Source: a virus. From it: a stretch of 64,000 bases of DNA. How positions within the stretch are numbered: position 1 is the stretch's first letter; every line of letters starts with the position of its first letter. The DNA lies in the IMG/VR virus record IMGVR_UViG_3300009506_000002, positions 78,378-142,377 of that record; one strand, given 5' to 3'. A model generated the notes under the pieces. That model made no database searches, was not told the origin of the DNA, and saw only the letters and a program-made list of their open reading frames with translations. This document shows, one piece after another, positions 63,679 to 64,000 of the stretch. A program made the translations under genes and the position numbers.

Positions 63679-63753
63679 TGGGGGTGACCGGCGGGAATTG
63701 AACCCGCGTAATCGCGTTCACAGCGCGAGGCCTTACCATTAGGCTACGGCCAC
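63679..63753 (-). tRNA. tRNA-His(GTG)
   Basis: Cloverleaf, C73, CCA. Confidence 0.85.
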
Positions 63754-63772
63754 ACCGAAGCAAGCTGAAAAT

Positions 63773-63850
63773 TGGTACCCGCCCCGGGATTCGAACCCGG
63801 ACTGTACGGTATCTAAAACCGTCGCCTCCTGCCAATTGCGCTAGACGGGC
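63773..63850 (-). tRNA. tRNA-Leu(TAG), short variable loop
   Basis: Body nearly identical to the 54216 tRNA except anticodon arm. Confidence 0.85.
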
Positions 63851-63919
63851 ATAAAGTAGCAAAAATGACGCATAAAACCAGCATTGACGGTTTTAAGCTG
63901 CATTTCTGCAACATTAAAC

Positions 63920-63993
63920 TGGTCTGGATGGGAGGAATCGAACCTCCATACCGTGGTTCCAGGCCACAGCGTTTACCATTAACCTACATCCAG
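63920..63993 (-). tRNA. tRNA-Pro(TGG), C33 variant
   Basis: tgtgg-CCTGGAA-ccacg; CCA. Confidence 0.8.
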
Positions 63994-64000
63994 ATGGTGC

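Noticed and set aside
53753-63862. ORF-track entries overlapping tRNAs and ncRNAs (e.g. 53753, 54081, 59359, 60149, 60699, 63008, 63644)
   Set aside because: They overlap clear RNA genes and lack RBS or protein-like composition.

Overview
Segment of a large T4-like (myovirus) phage genome, about 52% GC by eye, read almost entirely on the minus strand. It carries the T4-type replication and recombination core: gp32, gp59, gp33, DsbA, Td, DNA ligase, RNase H, topoisomerase II gp39/60 and gp52, RuvC-like resolvase, class II RNR, gp61 primase, gp41 helicase and UvsX. These sit among many small early genes behind at least 23 near-consensus sigma70 promoters. Highlights: (1) two genes (nrdJ and uvsX) each fractured by a naturally split intein, one with an intact HNH gene between the halves and one with only an endonuclease remnant. 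(2) A late-promoter cluster at 38.9-46.4 kb of proteins with T4-like capsid-targeting and prohead-protease motifs, including enzymes and an apparent polyprotein. (3) An RNA-repair and anti-defence kit: Rnl1, an Rnl2-like ligase with a cyclic-phosphate receiver, an HD-kinase, a HAD phosphatase, Acb1, a Pth-like protein and a broken CCA enzyme. (4) From 53.4 kb to the end, about 37 tRNA genes, several with non-canonical folds. They are mixed with a ~205-nt minimal RNase P RNA, a GOLLD-like giant ncRNA containing a UUA-anticodon tRNA module, and several unassigned structured or tRNA-like RNAs. (5) A stand-alone mini-protein resembling the gp23 Gol peptide. All calls come from motif recognition and manual folding; no searches were run.
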